DNA of 63,825 nucleotides, the filler included. It is 7 parts of 7 records of this genome, joined end to end, with 100 filler letters (N's around TTAATTAATTAA, not from the genome) between each part and the next. Parts side by side here need not be neighbours in the genome. Positions count along the whole stretch, not along the records: positions 10,590 to 18,850 come from SRR31156797_12596; positions 18,951 to 33,435 come from SRR31156797_12604; 5 more parts are not named here. The stretch is one strand, 5' to 3'. The position numbers and the translations under genes were made by a program. This document shows positions 10,490 to 19,427 of this stretch, one piece after another (the stretch's first letter is position 1; each line of letters opens with the position of its first letter). The notes beneath the pieces were generated by a model. The model did no database searches, had not been told where the DNA came from, and worked only from the letters and a program-made list of their open reading frames with translations.

Positions 10490-10589
10490 NNNNNNNNNNN
10501 NNNNNNNNNNNNNNNNNNNNNNNNNNNNNNNNNTTAATTAATTAANNNNNNNNNNNNNNNNNNNNNNNNNNNNNNNNNNNNNNNNNNNN
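10490..10589. other. Artificial contig spacer (N-run, TTAATTAATTAA, N-run)
   Basis: 100-nt linker with stops in all six frames; composition changes across it. Confidence 0.98.
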
Positions 10590-10590
10590 T

Positions 10591-11166
10591 TTTAATGCAA
10601 TGCTAAATTGTAAAAAAAGAAAAATACCAATCAATATTAGAAATACAAACAACCCTTCACACAGCGGAACAATGATATTAAATGAAAGAGTTCCAATGGA
10701 AGATTTAGTAGGTATTGCAAAACTTGACAATATGGCATCAATTCATATTCAAAAAAATATGTTAGGTGATGAAATTGGCTTCACTGCAGAGCTTTTAAAA
10801 ATATTCTGGGAGTACAATGTAAATACATATCATTACCCAACAGATAAAGATGATATTGCCATTTTAGTAGATCAAGAGGATTTAAAGGGTAAAATAAACA
10901 ATCTAAGAAGACAGATAGAAAAAAGGTTACAAACAAACAGTATTACAGTTACATATAACCTTTCTATAATAACTCTTGTAGGAATAGGACTTAAAGAGAA
11001 TGCTTTTGCATTAGTTGATGCAATAACAGCTTTAAAAGAAAATAATATAACTTTTGAAATGTTTGATATGAGCCCTTCAAAAATATCATTTCATATTGGC
11101 GTAACACAAAACATCGCAGAAGCAGCATTAGAAACCCTATATAGGAATCTAATAAAGGACAGATAA
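10591..11166 (+). CDS. Aspartate kinase, C-terminal ACT domains (5' truncated)
   Basis: IPINIRNTNNPSHSGT, NMLGDEIGF, ITLVGIGL; frame is open to the contig start. Confidence 0.8.
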   Translation, partial: FNAMLNCKKRKIPINIRNTNNPSHSGTMILNERVPMEDLVGIAKLDNMASIHIQKNMLGDEIGFTAELLKIFWEYNVNTYHYPTDKDDIAILVDQEDLKGKINNLRRQIEKRLQTNSITVTYNLSIITLVGIGLKENAFALVDAITALKENNITFEMFDMSPSKISFHIGVTQNIAEAALETLYRNLIKDR

Positions 11167-11167
11167 A

Positions 11168-11659
11168 TTGAAAAGCACAAGATGGTTGCTACTTATTATA
11201 ATACTTTTACTAATTATTCTACTTATAGCAGCCATTTTGGGTGGATTTGCAACTTACAAAACAAACATCAACCCTACTTTCAAAAGTAACCCAATAAAAG
11301 TAAACAATAACCCACCTATCAAAGAAACATCAAAACTTACAGGCGAAGATTACTATAAAGCATCAATTGATGATGTTGTATTAAATATAACTACAAAAAA
11401 TGGTGAAGACAAGCTTATGAAAATTTCACTTGAACTAATAAGTTATGACCCAAAAGTTCAAAAAATAGTTAACTCAAAAATTGAAGAGATTACAGATATG
11501 ATAATTATGACTGTAAATGGTAGGTCAGAAGAGGAACTTAGAACTCTAACAGGTCGAGATTTACTAATTGATGATATAATTAACAATATAAATAAAGAAG
11601 TAAAAAAAAGCAATCATCTTATCAAAAATGCAGCATTTAAATCTTTAGAAATTTCATAA
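11168..11659 (+). CDS. fliL: Flagellar basal body-associated FliL-family protein
   Basis: N-terminal TM, VVLNI...MKISLEL...ITDMII...EELRTLTGRDLLIDDI pattern. Confidence 0.7.
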   Translation: MKSTRWLLLIIILLLIILLIAAILGGFATYKTNINPTFKSNPIKVNNNPPIKETSKLTGEDYYKASIDDVVLNITTKNGEDKLMKISLELISYDPKVQKIVNSKIEEITDMIIMTVNGRSEEELRTLTGRDLLIDDIINNINKEVKKSNHLIKNAAFKSLEIS

Positions 11660-11677
11660 TATTTAAACAGAGTTATA

Positions 11678-12115
11678 ATGGCAAAAATTAAACTTTTTTC
11701 TCATAAAAAAATTATCATAATTTTCTCTTTAGTATTTATTACAGTAGTAGTTGCAAATATTGATATTCCTCATAGTAAAGAGTATAGTACTATAACTACA
11801 CTTGATGGTAAAGAGTTTTATATATATTTTAAAAAACCTGAAAAAAACCAATATTCAAAACTAAATGTAGTTTTATTAGATGAAAATAGAAAAGAATTAA
11901 AAGACTTAGAAGTTGAAGCAAACTTCAAAAATATCATAACTTTTAATAAATCAAATAATGATATGGCTTATAAAACTGATTTAACAAAAAGGTCAGAAAC
12001 AGAATACAGTGCAAAATTTCAATTACATAACGAAGGTTTATGGCAGTTGAAGCTAAAGGTTTTTTATAATGATGAAGTTTTAAATTTTAAAGATAGTTTT
12101 TATTATGTAAATTAG
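11678..12115 (+). CDS. Exported YtkA/FixH-like Ig-fold protein
   Basis: Signal/anchor helix; YSAKFQLHNEGLWQLKLKV C-terminal pattern. Confidence 0.5.
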   Translation: MAKIKLFSHKKIIIIFSLVFITVVVANIDIPHSKEYSTITTLDGKEFYIYFKKPEKNQYSKLNVVLLDENRKELKDLEVEANFKNIITFNKSNNDMAYKTDLTKRSETEYSAKFQLHNEGLWQLKLKVFYNDEVLNFKDSFYYVN

Positions 12116-12138
12116 ATAAGAAGAAAATTCTTCTTATC
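12115..12138. terminator. Bidirectional hairpin between convergent genes
   Basis: GATAAGAAGAA-AA-TTCTTCTTATC perfect inverted repeat. Confidence 0.7.
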
Positions 12139-12142
12139 ATAA

Positions 12143-13117
12143 TTATTTAGCTGCTTTAGCTTCTTTTATCCAAGCATCAACTTTTGCTTGATTTTTTTCA
12201 ATCCACATTTTTACATGTCTATCAATATCTTTTTCTTTCTTTTGTCCAGTTGTCATCAACATATTTTGACCACTTACATCATTTACATCAACTTTTACGA
12301 TATCAAAAAGTTTTGCAATATCTTTATGTTTTGCTGTAACACTTGCATTTGAAACAATTTTTTGAGAGTTAACTGCAAAACCATAATCAGAACCATTTGG
12401 AAGTTTAGTAGATGCTTGATTTGGGTTAGCTGAATGTGTTACTTGTAAAAACACTACATCTTTACCAGGAACTAGTTTCCCACTTACCCAATATGGAGTC
12501 CAAGTGTAATATAAAATTGATTTTCCAGTTTTATAGTTGGCAACTGTATCTGCAATTAAAGCTGAATACTCTCCTTGATTATGTTCAATTGTACCTCTTA
12601 AATCAAATGCATCTAATTGATGTTCAATAACTTTTTCGCATCCCCAACCTGCATTACAACCTGCTAAATCTGCTTTTCCATCATCATCTAAGTCAAATAG
12701 TTTTGCAATTTTTGGGTCTTTTAAGTCATTGATATATTTAATATTATATTTTTCTGCAGTTTTTTTATCTATAAGATAACCTTGAGCACAACCTGCAATA
12801 AATGCTGAATATTTTTCAAATTTATCTTCTCCAAGAGCTTTAAGTTTTCCATTGTGTAATGGATCCCAACTTGCAGCCATGAAATATACATCATCGCTTT
12901 TTGCATTGTTTGCAATAGTTTGATATGCGATATCATAAGAAACATCATTTGTTGTTTCTACATCATATCCCATTTTTTCTAATAGGTTTACTACTATTTT
13001 CATTTGAAAAGATTCTTCTGCAATAGAAGTTTTAACCGCGGTTACCTTTGTAGCGAAAAGTGAAGTTGATACAACAAGTGATGCAAGTGCACCAACAATA
13101 ATTTTTTTATTTAACAT
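12143..13117 (-). CDS. proX: Glycine betaine/proline betaine ABC substrate-binding protein
   Basis: Three aromatic-cage Trp (ASWDP, AGWGC, YTWTP); QGYLIDKKTA; operon order. Confidence 0.9.
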   Translation of the reverse strand: MLNKKIIVGALASLVVSTSLFATKVTAVKTSIAEESFQMKIVVNLLEKMGYDVETTNDVSYDIAYQTIANNAKSDDVYFMAASWDPLHNGKLKALGEDKFEKYSAFIAGCAQGYLIDKKTAEKYNIKYINDLKDPKIAKLFDLDDDGKADLAGCNAGWGCEKVIEHQLDAFDLRGTIEHNQGEYSALIADTVANYKTGKSILYYTWTPYWVSGKLVPGKDVVFLQVTHSANPNQASTKLPNGSDYGFAVNSQKIVSNASVTAKHKDIAKLFDIVKVDVNDVSGQNMLMTTGQKKEKDIDRHVKMWIEKNQAKVDAWIKEAKAAK

Positions 13118-13119
13118 TA

Positions 13120-14145
13120 TTATTTCTCCTTTTTTAATGTTTTATATATAAATCCAACTGGTCCTCTTTCATACCATTTTATTTTTAATGATTTATCTTT
13201 TTGTCCCATAGATTGAGTTAATCTATCAAGAATTACAGCTAATAATACAATTCCTAATCCACCAACAGCTGCAAGTCCAATATCTAATCTTCCAATACCT
13301 CTTAATACCATTTGTCCTAATCCACCAACTGCAATCATTGATGCAATTACAACCATTGATAAAGCTAACATTAGAGTTTGATTTATCCCTGCCATAATTG
13401 TAGGCATTGCAACGGGAATTTGAACTCTCCACAACATCTGTTTAGAGCTTGCTCCAAATGATCTTGATGCCTCGATTAAATCCTCTGGAACTTGTCTAAT
13501 ACCAAGGTTTGTTAATCTAATTAAAGGTGGTAATGCAAAGATAATAGTTACAATAACTCCAGGAACATTACCAATACCAAACAACATAACAATAGGAATA
13601 AGATAAACGAAAGCCGGAGTTGTTTGCATTGCATCAAGAATTGGTCTTAACACTTTATCAACCCTATCGCTTTTTGCACTCCAAATACCTAATGGTAAAC
13701 CTATTATTATGGAGAATAAAACTGCTGTAATTACTAATGCTAAAGTAATCATAGCTTCTTCCCAAGCTCCAATAAACCCAATTATTAAAAATGAAACAAA
13801 TGTCCCAAATGCAAGCTTTTTAGTTGAAAACTGTAAAGCTAATAAAACAAAAAACCCAATAACCACATAAGGTGATAGATATTGTAAAAAAGTCTCAATG
13901 GATTTTAAAACTATATCAATAGGAGCTTTTGTATATAAGAAAAACTCTCTAAAGTTTTCAACCAACCAATTGATACTATCGTTTGTCCAATCATCAAAAG
14001 GTATTATTGCATCATTAAATGGGTGCAAAATATCAAAATCAGGTGCAGAATCTACATCTTGAGTAGATACATTTGTAGTCCAATCAACTGAAGATTCTTT
14101 ATTCTCTTGTGCAGTTGAAGCATTTCCCCATGGATCACTACTCAT
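13120..14145 (-). CDS. proW: Glycine betaine ABC permease
   Basis: [24 protein letters not shown] loop, [14 protein letters not shown]. Confidence 0.93.
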   Translation of the reverse strand: MSSDPWGNASTAQENKESSVDWTTNVSTQDVDSAPDFDILHPFNDAIIPFDDWTNDSINWLVENFREFFLYTKAPIDIVLKSIETFLQYLSPYVVIGFFVLLALQFSTKKLAFGTFVSFLIIGFIGAWEEAMITLALVITAVLFSIIIGLPLGIWSAKSDRVDKVLRPILDAMQTTPAFVYLIPIVMLFGIGNVPGVIVTIIFALPPLIRLTNLGIRQVPEDLIEASRSFGASSKQMLWRVQIPVAMPTIMAGINQTLMLALSMVVIASMIAVGGLGQMVLRGIGRLDIGLAAVGGLGIVLLAVILDRLTQSMGQKDKSLKIKWYERGPVGFIYKTLKKEK

Positions 14146-15355
14146 AATCTACTCCTTCATCAAATACTTTTAATAATCTACTTTTTGAGATTGTTCCTTT
14201 ATACTTACCATTATCATCAACAACTGCTGTTGGGAAAGCGTGTTCTGCAATATCAGTAATAAACTCTGATATTTGTAAGTTTTCATTAATAGGCTTTTCA
14301 TTGATAATTGCATCGTGAATAGTTCCACCTATCTTTTTTTGTTCTTTTAAAGAATCAAGAGTCAAAATACCAATATATTTTCCACTTTTTTCAACAAAAT
14401 ATGCAAAGTCATCATCAAAATCTGATATATATTGAAGTGCAGTTTTTATACCTGTTCCTTCTTTATTGATAATAGTAGAACGAACTTTGTTTGCAATATG
14501 TGAAGCATTTAGTACAGAAGTAACATCTACACCTTTAAAAAATGATTTAATATAATCATTTGCTGGATTATTGATAATATCTTCTGGAGTACCAATTTGT
14601 GATATTTCACCATTTTGCATAATCGCAATTCTATCACCAATTCTAATTGCTTCATCTAAATCGTGTGAGATAAATACAATTGTTCTTTTTGAATTACTTT
14701 GCAACTCTAAAAGTTCATCTTGCATTTCAGTTCTAATAAGTGGGTCTAAAGCTGAAAAAGCTTCATCCATCAGCATAATATCTGGATTGTTAGCTAAAGC
14801 TCTTGCTAAACCAACTCTTTGTTGCATTCCACCACTTAACTCATCTGGATATGACAATCCATGGTTTTTTAATCCTACTTGTTCTAAAGCTGCTTGTGAA
14901 GCTTCATATCTTGTTGCTTTATCAACACCACTTAACTCTAACCCAAAAGATACATTATCTAATATGTTCATGTGTGGCATTAATGCAAATGATTGAAAAA
15001 CCATAGATATCTTCTTTCTTCTAATTTCTATCAACTCTTTATCACTTAAATTAGTAACATCAGTTTCATCAATATAGATTTTTCCAGAAGTTGGTTCAAT
15101 AAGTCTGTTTAAAAGTCTTACAAGTGTAGACTTTCCTGAACCTGATAGTCCCATAATAACAAATATTTCACCTTCAAAAATTTCAAAACTAGCATCTTGA
15201 ACACCGATAGTCATACCAGTCTTTTTGAAGATCTCCTCTTTACTTTTTCCCGATTCTAGCATTTTCAATGCTTTTTTGGGTTCATCTCCAAAAACTTTGA
15301 AGACATTTTTAACAATTAATTTTTTCTTTCTTTCGGAATTAATGTGCCTCTCCAT
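14138..15355 (-). CDS. proV: Glycine betaine ABC ATPase with CBS domains (start uncertain; ORF extends to 15391)
   Basis: [30 protein letters not shown]. Confidence 0.93.
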   Translation of the reverse strand: MERHINSERKKKLIVKNVFKVFGDEPKKALKMLESGKSKEEIFKKTGMTIGVQDASFEIFEGEIFVIMGLSGSGKSTLVRLLNRLIEPTSGKIYIDETDVTNLSDKELIEIRRKKISMVFQSFALMPHMNILDNVSFGLELSGVDKATRYEASQAALEQVGLKNHGLSYPDELSGGMQQRVGLARALANNPDIMLMDEAFSALDPLIRTEMQDELLELQSNSKRTIVFISHDLDEAIRIGDRIAIMQNGEISQIGTPEDIINNPANDYIKSFFKGVDVTSVLNASHIANKVRSTIINKEGTGIKTALQYISDFDDDFAYFVEKSGKYIGILTLDSLKEQKKIGGTIHDAIINEKPINENLQISEFITDIAEHAFPTAVVDDNGKYKGTISKSRLLKVFDEGVDYE

Positions 15356-15539
15356 TATTCTACATATAATATGTATTATTTTGACATTCATTATGTATAA
15401 TTTTTACTTAATTCTTAATAAAATTAAACTGTTAATATATTTTATAGCTGTATAAAAAATCTATTTATGAGACATAAATGTTTATTTTTTAGTACATAGG
15501 TAATGTTTTGAATAAGGTTTTTTTTATTTTTATGCAGGA

Positions 15540-15567
15540 AATCACTTTTTTATTTAAAAAAGTGATT
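15540..15567 (-). terminator. Hairpin at the 3' end of the 15566-16231 gene
   Basis: AATCACTTTTTT-ATTT-AAAAAAGTGATT. Confidence 0.55.
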
Positions 15568-16231
15568 ATGAGTTAGAAGAATCTTCTATTTTCTTTTCTA
15601 AGTCAGTTTTTGATAATTCTTCTATCTTTTTATCTACTATTGATAAAGTTTTTTCTTGTGTTTCATAAGAGATATCTGGTAATTTTCCACCCCAAAGTTT
15701 TTCAGCATCCTCAAAACCTTTTTCAATACCAGCTCTTGCTTCTTTTAAAGCTTCTATATTATCTCCCGCAATTGCAATCACAAAAGAACTTACACGTTCT
15801 GATGTTTGAGTTACACCAAAGAAACCTTCATCAGATACTAACTCTTTAGCTTCTTGTGAATTTAGTTCTGTTATTGCTTTACCTTCATATCCAATTGATT
15901 GTAAACTAAGACCACTTACACTCTCTTTTCCAGAAAGAAAGTCATAAATCTCTTCATTATTTACTATATTTAAAATATTACTTTGTGCACTACTGTTTTC
16001 TTGTGTATATTCAGCACTTTTAATATTTAAATATACTTTTAAACTTTCCATTGAGATTGAAAGCATAACAGCAGAACTATGAATTCTACTTTTTTGTGCC
16101 TCATCACTACTTGAAACAGGTTCAATAGTATTTTCTTTATTTCCAGTTTTTGGATAATCATTAACACTTGCTTGCCCTACACTATTTGAGTTCATATATA
16201 ACTCATTTGTATTTGTATTTAATTGGCTCAT
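15566..16231 (-). CDS. Conserved Campylobacterota hypothetical protein (DUF5610-like)
   Basis: GFFGVTQTSERV...GFEDAEKLWGGKLPDISYET motif. Confidence 0.65.
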   Translation of the reverse strand: MSQLNTNTNELYMNSNSVGQASVNDYPKTGNKENTIEPVSSSDEAQKSRIHSSAVMLSISMESLKVYLNIKSAEYTQENSSAQSNILNIVNNEEIYDFLSGKESVSGLSLQSIGYEGKAITELNSQEAKELVSDEGFFGVTQTSERVSSFVIAIAGDNIEALKEARAGIEKGFEDAEKLWGGKLPDISYETQEKTLSIVDKKIEELSKTDLEKKIEDSSNS

Positions 16232-16397
16232 AATAATACCCCTATTAACTGTGTTACACAGTTGTTACTATTGTTACAATTATATTTTTACATTTCTTAA
16301 ATTTTGTTTAAACTTAAATAAAAATTAAATAACTAGTTCTAACATTTTAGATTATTTTTACAAAATTTAACTATAATAATTAGTAAAAAGAAGGTTT

Positions 16398-18158
16398 TTG
16401 ATGCATAAACTCTTATTTACTATTATATTTATTAAATTACTAATAATTAACTTGTTCGGATTTAGCACATCACTTGACACTACAATGTACAAAAAGAGTT
16501 ACAAAAATGAAATCCTTAAGGAATTGAAAAATAAAAATTATTTTTTATTGAATAAAAAACTTATAAAAATATATTATAATGATAATAATTATGAACTTTT
16601 CTTTATAAAAAATGGAGAAATTAAGGATTTTACTAAGAATTTTATCAATATTTTAGAAAACGATGAAATAATAAACTCAAATATAAATATAGATTTTAAT
16701 TTAGATAAGCTAAAACAAAAAATTCAAAGTAGTAGCTACACGACATCTATAGAAACACTTATCGAAACAGATATTATGATTTTAGAAATTTACGACAAAT
16801 ACATGAAAGCTTTATCAAAAGGTAGCATAAACTGGAATTTATTTATTGATGCATTAGAAAAAAGGCAAAAGAAGGAAGTCAATGCACATTGGGAAAAATA
16901 TATTGCCTTTAAAAATCCAAGATATTTACTTTATGATGCAGAAAAAAATAATAACATAAATATTGCAATTGATGCTGTTAAACCAAACTTTCAGTTAAAC
17001 CAAGCTTTATCTAAAAAAATAAAAGAGTTTGAAAAAATTTATCAAAATGGTGGTTTTGCACATATTGAGAATACAGATGAACTAATAAAAGTGGGAAACT
17101 ATTACCCTCAAATTACAAATATAAGAAAAAGACTTGTTTTAGAAAACTATTTAGATGAAAAACCTTGTAATGATGATATTCGCATTTTTAAAGATAAAAA
17201 AATTGAAGTTAAAGATTGTAAGCAACTTTATGACAAAGAACTTTTTTATGCAATAAAAAAGTTCCAAAAAAACTATGGTTTAATTATAGATGGGATTATT
17301 GGACAAAATACTATAAATATTCTTAATACCCCTATTTCAGATTTAATCAATAAAATGAAACTAAATCTAGAAAGAATGAGATGGATGAAAAGAGATTTGG
17401 GAGAAGAATATATACTTGTAAATATTCCTGATTTTAATCTAAAAATGTATAAAAATGATGAAAAAATACTTGATATGCCAGTAATTGTTGGAGATAAAAA
17501 ACACCCTACTCCAATATTTAGTCATAAGATGTCAAAAATTGTATTAAATCCATATTGGAAAATTCCTCAATCAATTGTAAAAAAAGAGATTATTCCAAAT
17601 TTAGTAAAAAATCCAAATTATCTTCAAGAAGAGGATATTAGAGTTCATGAAAACTGGGACCATGATTCTATTAAATATGATACACAACATGTAAAATGGA
17701 AATCTTTTTTAGATAGTGAACTTATTGGAGACCCAGTTAATTCACCTATGAGATTTATACAAATTCCAGGAGACAAAAATCCATTAGGACGAATGAAGTT
17801 TATGTTTCCTAACAAATACTCTGTTTATCTACACGATACGCCAAAAAAAGAGTTGTTTAACATGAAAGATAGAGCCTTATCTCATGGTTGCATAAGATTA
17901 TCAAAACCAAAAGAGCTATTAAAAATCATAACACAAAAAGAAGAGATTGATTATGATAATGCAACAAACACTTTGAAAACAGAAACAAGAAAAGAATTTG
18001 ACCTAAAAAAGACAATTCCTATACATATAATATATTTGACTTCGTGGGTAAATGAAAAAGGAAAACTACAATTTAGAAGAGATATTTATGATTATGATAA
18101 TATTCAAGAGAGTTTATTACTTAAAACTCCTCCTGTATTTTCTGCCTCAAAACTTTGA
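16398..18158 (+). CDS. YcbB/LdtD-type L,D-transpeptidase with a peptidoglycan-binding domain
   Basis: FQKNYGLIIDGIIG, NLERMRW, VNIP, YLHDTP...SHGCIR catalytic His/Cys. Confidence 0.92.
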   Translation: MMHKLLFTIIFIKLLIINLFGFSTSLDTTMYKKSYKNEILKELKNKNYFLLNKKLIKIYYNDNNYELFFIKNGEIKDFTKNFINILENDEIINSNINIDFNLDKLKQKIQSSSYTTSIETLIETDIMILEIYDKYMKALSKGSINWNLFIDALEKRQKKEVNAHWEKYIAFKNPRYLLYDAEKNNNINIAIDAVKPNFQLNQALSKKIKEFEKIYQNGGFAHIENTDELIKVGNYYPQITNIRKRLVLENYLDEKPCNDDIRIFKDKKIEVKDCKQLYDKELFYAIKKFQKNYGLIIDGIIGQNTINILNTPISDLINKMKLNLERMRWMKRDLGEEYILVNIPDFNLKMYKNDEKILDMPVIVGDKKHPTPIFSHKMSKIVLNPYWKIPQSIVKKEIIPNLVKNPNYLQEEDIRVHENWDHDSIKYDTQHVKWKSFLDSELIGDPVNSPMRFIQIPGDKNPLGRMKFMFPNKYSVYLHDTPKKELFNMKDRALSHGCIRLSKPKELLKIITQKEEIDYDNATNTLKTETRKEFDLKKTIPIHIIYLTSWVNEKGKLQFRRDIYDYDNIQESLLLKTPPVFSASKL

Positions 18159-18843
18159 TTTGAGAGTTTTTCAAAAAGTATGTGTCTTCAACTAAATACT
18201 TCATAAATCTAACTTCTACATTTGTAAAGCCATCTAACTCTTTCTCTTTTATTGAAACATCATTACCTGATACTCTTACTCTTCTTAGCTTTCCATTTTC
18301 ATTTTTAACATAATAAACTATATCAAATTCTTTACTATTTATCTTTTCTATAGTTACAAAGATATTTTGGATATAGTCATCATAAGATGGAACCTGTTTT
18401 AAAAACTCATCTGGGTCTAAAAATCCAATATAAAGTTTTGTATAAATATCAAAGTATAAAGAAAGTTTTTGAGTTTTGAAAAATTTTAAATTTATAAAAT
18501 GCAAATTTGCACTTCTACAAGATTTAAAAATCCATTGAAGTGTTTGAAAATATATAAACTTTGAGTGTTTGATTGTAAAAGCTTCTATAAATTTTTTGTC
18601 TGTATAACTTGTTTTAAATCCAGTTTTTTTTCTGTTAAAAACTAAACTTCTAAGAAGGTCTTTATCTTCTAAATCTTTTGTAATCCAAATAGTACAATAT
18701 GAAGGAAATCTTTTTAGTCCCACTGTACCTTTTGTTAATACAATTAATGCTTTTATATTTAAATTTGGAAATAATACTTTTAACAAGGCATATTTTTTGT
18801 CTAATCTTTTATTTAAACTGACTGTTTTTTTAGAAGTACTCAT
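18121..18843 (-). CDS. Hypothetical protein (possibly 5' truncated)
   Basis: 240-aa ORF in very AT-rich DNA; frame is open to the contig edge; no motif recognised. Confidence 0.6.
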   Translation of the reverse strand: MSTSKKTVSLNKRLDKKYALLKVLFPNLNIKALIVLTKGTVGLKRFPSYCTIWITKDLEDKDLLRSLVFNRKKTGFKTSYTDKKFIEAFTIKHSKFIYFQTLQWIFKSCRSANLHFINLKFFKTQKLSLYFDIYTKLYIGFLDPDEFLKQVPSYDDYIQNIFVTIEKINSKEFDIVYYVKNENGKLRRVRVSGNDVSIKEKELDGFTNVEVRFMKYLVEDTYFLKNSQIKVLRQKIQEEF

Positions 18844-18850
18844 CTCAACA

Positions 18851-18950
18851 NNNNNNNNNNNNNNNNNNNNNNNNNNNNNNNNNNNNNNNNNNNNTTAATT
18901 AATTAANNNNNNNNNNNNNNNNNNNNNNNNNNNNNNNNNNNNNNNNNNNN
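18851..18950. other. Artificial contig spacer
   Basis: N-run/TTAATTAATTAA/N-run. Confidence 0.98.
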
Positions 18951-19427
18951 GGGGAGAATCATTCCCCCCTCCATTTTGGAAATGATCTGTATCGGGAAAT
19001 CTCTTCATTGAAATATTCAAGTTTCAATTATACGACCGGGAAGAACGCACCAGCGGCCTTGGACGGGGATGAGTTCACCAGCCTTGATTTCAACAAAAAT
19101 GACCACAACCGGATTGAGATAAACAGGGACTATGATCTCCTGCGACAAGAGATCGATCAATCATTTGACAGCGAACTCAATAACCGGGCGTTCAGGACAA
19201 AGCTGCTATCCATAACCTCGGCAACCTTTACATTCGGTATTATCAGCTTTCTGTTACGGGCCGGATCCCTGATGGCAAGCCTGGTCTCAAGCCTGCCGGT
19301 ATGGCGGGGATTTGACCCGATAGCCGTTTTTTCCGGAAGTAAAAATCCCCCCAGGATTAAAACAGATGACATTTCAGATGCGGACGAATTAAAAGCGGAA
19401 TCTCTTTTTGATGGTGAGGCAGAATGA
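18951..19427 (+). CDS. C-terminal fragment of a membrane-anchored protein, probably a large cadherin/VCBS/DUF4347-type surface protein
   Basis: Frame is open from the contig start; hydrophobic segment then LRAGSLMASLVSSLPVWRGFDPIAV, a tail I recall from large repetitive surface proteins; ATGA overlap with the next gene. Confidence 0.6.
   Translation, partial: GENHSPLHFGNDLYREISSLKYSSFNYTTGKNAPAALDGDEFTSLDFNKNDHNRIEINRDYDLLRQEIDQSFDSELNNRAFRTKLLSITSATFTFGIISFLLRAGSLMASLVSSLPVWRGFDPIAVFSGSKNPPRIKTDDISDADELKAESLFDGEAE

Noticed and set aside
15343-15391. Alternative proV starts, including a possible ATT start after a GGAG
   Set aside because: An in-frame ATG exists at 15355, and the sequence alone cannot support a non-canonical start.
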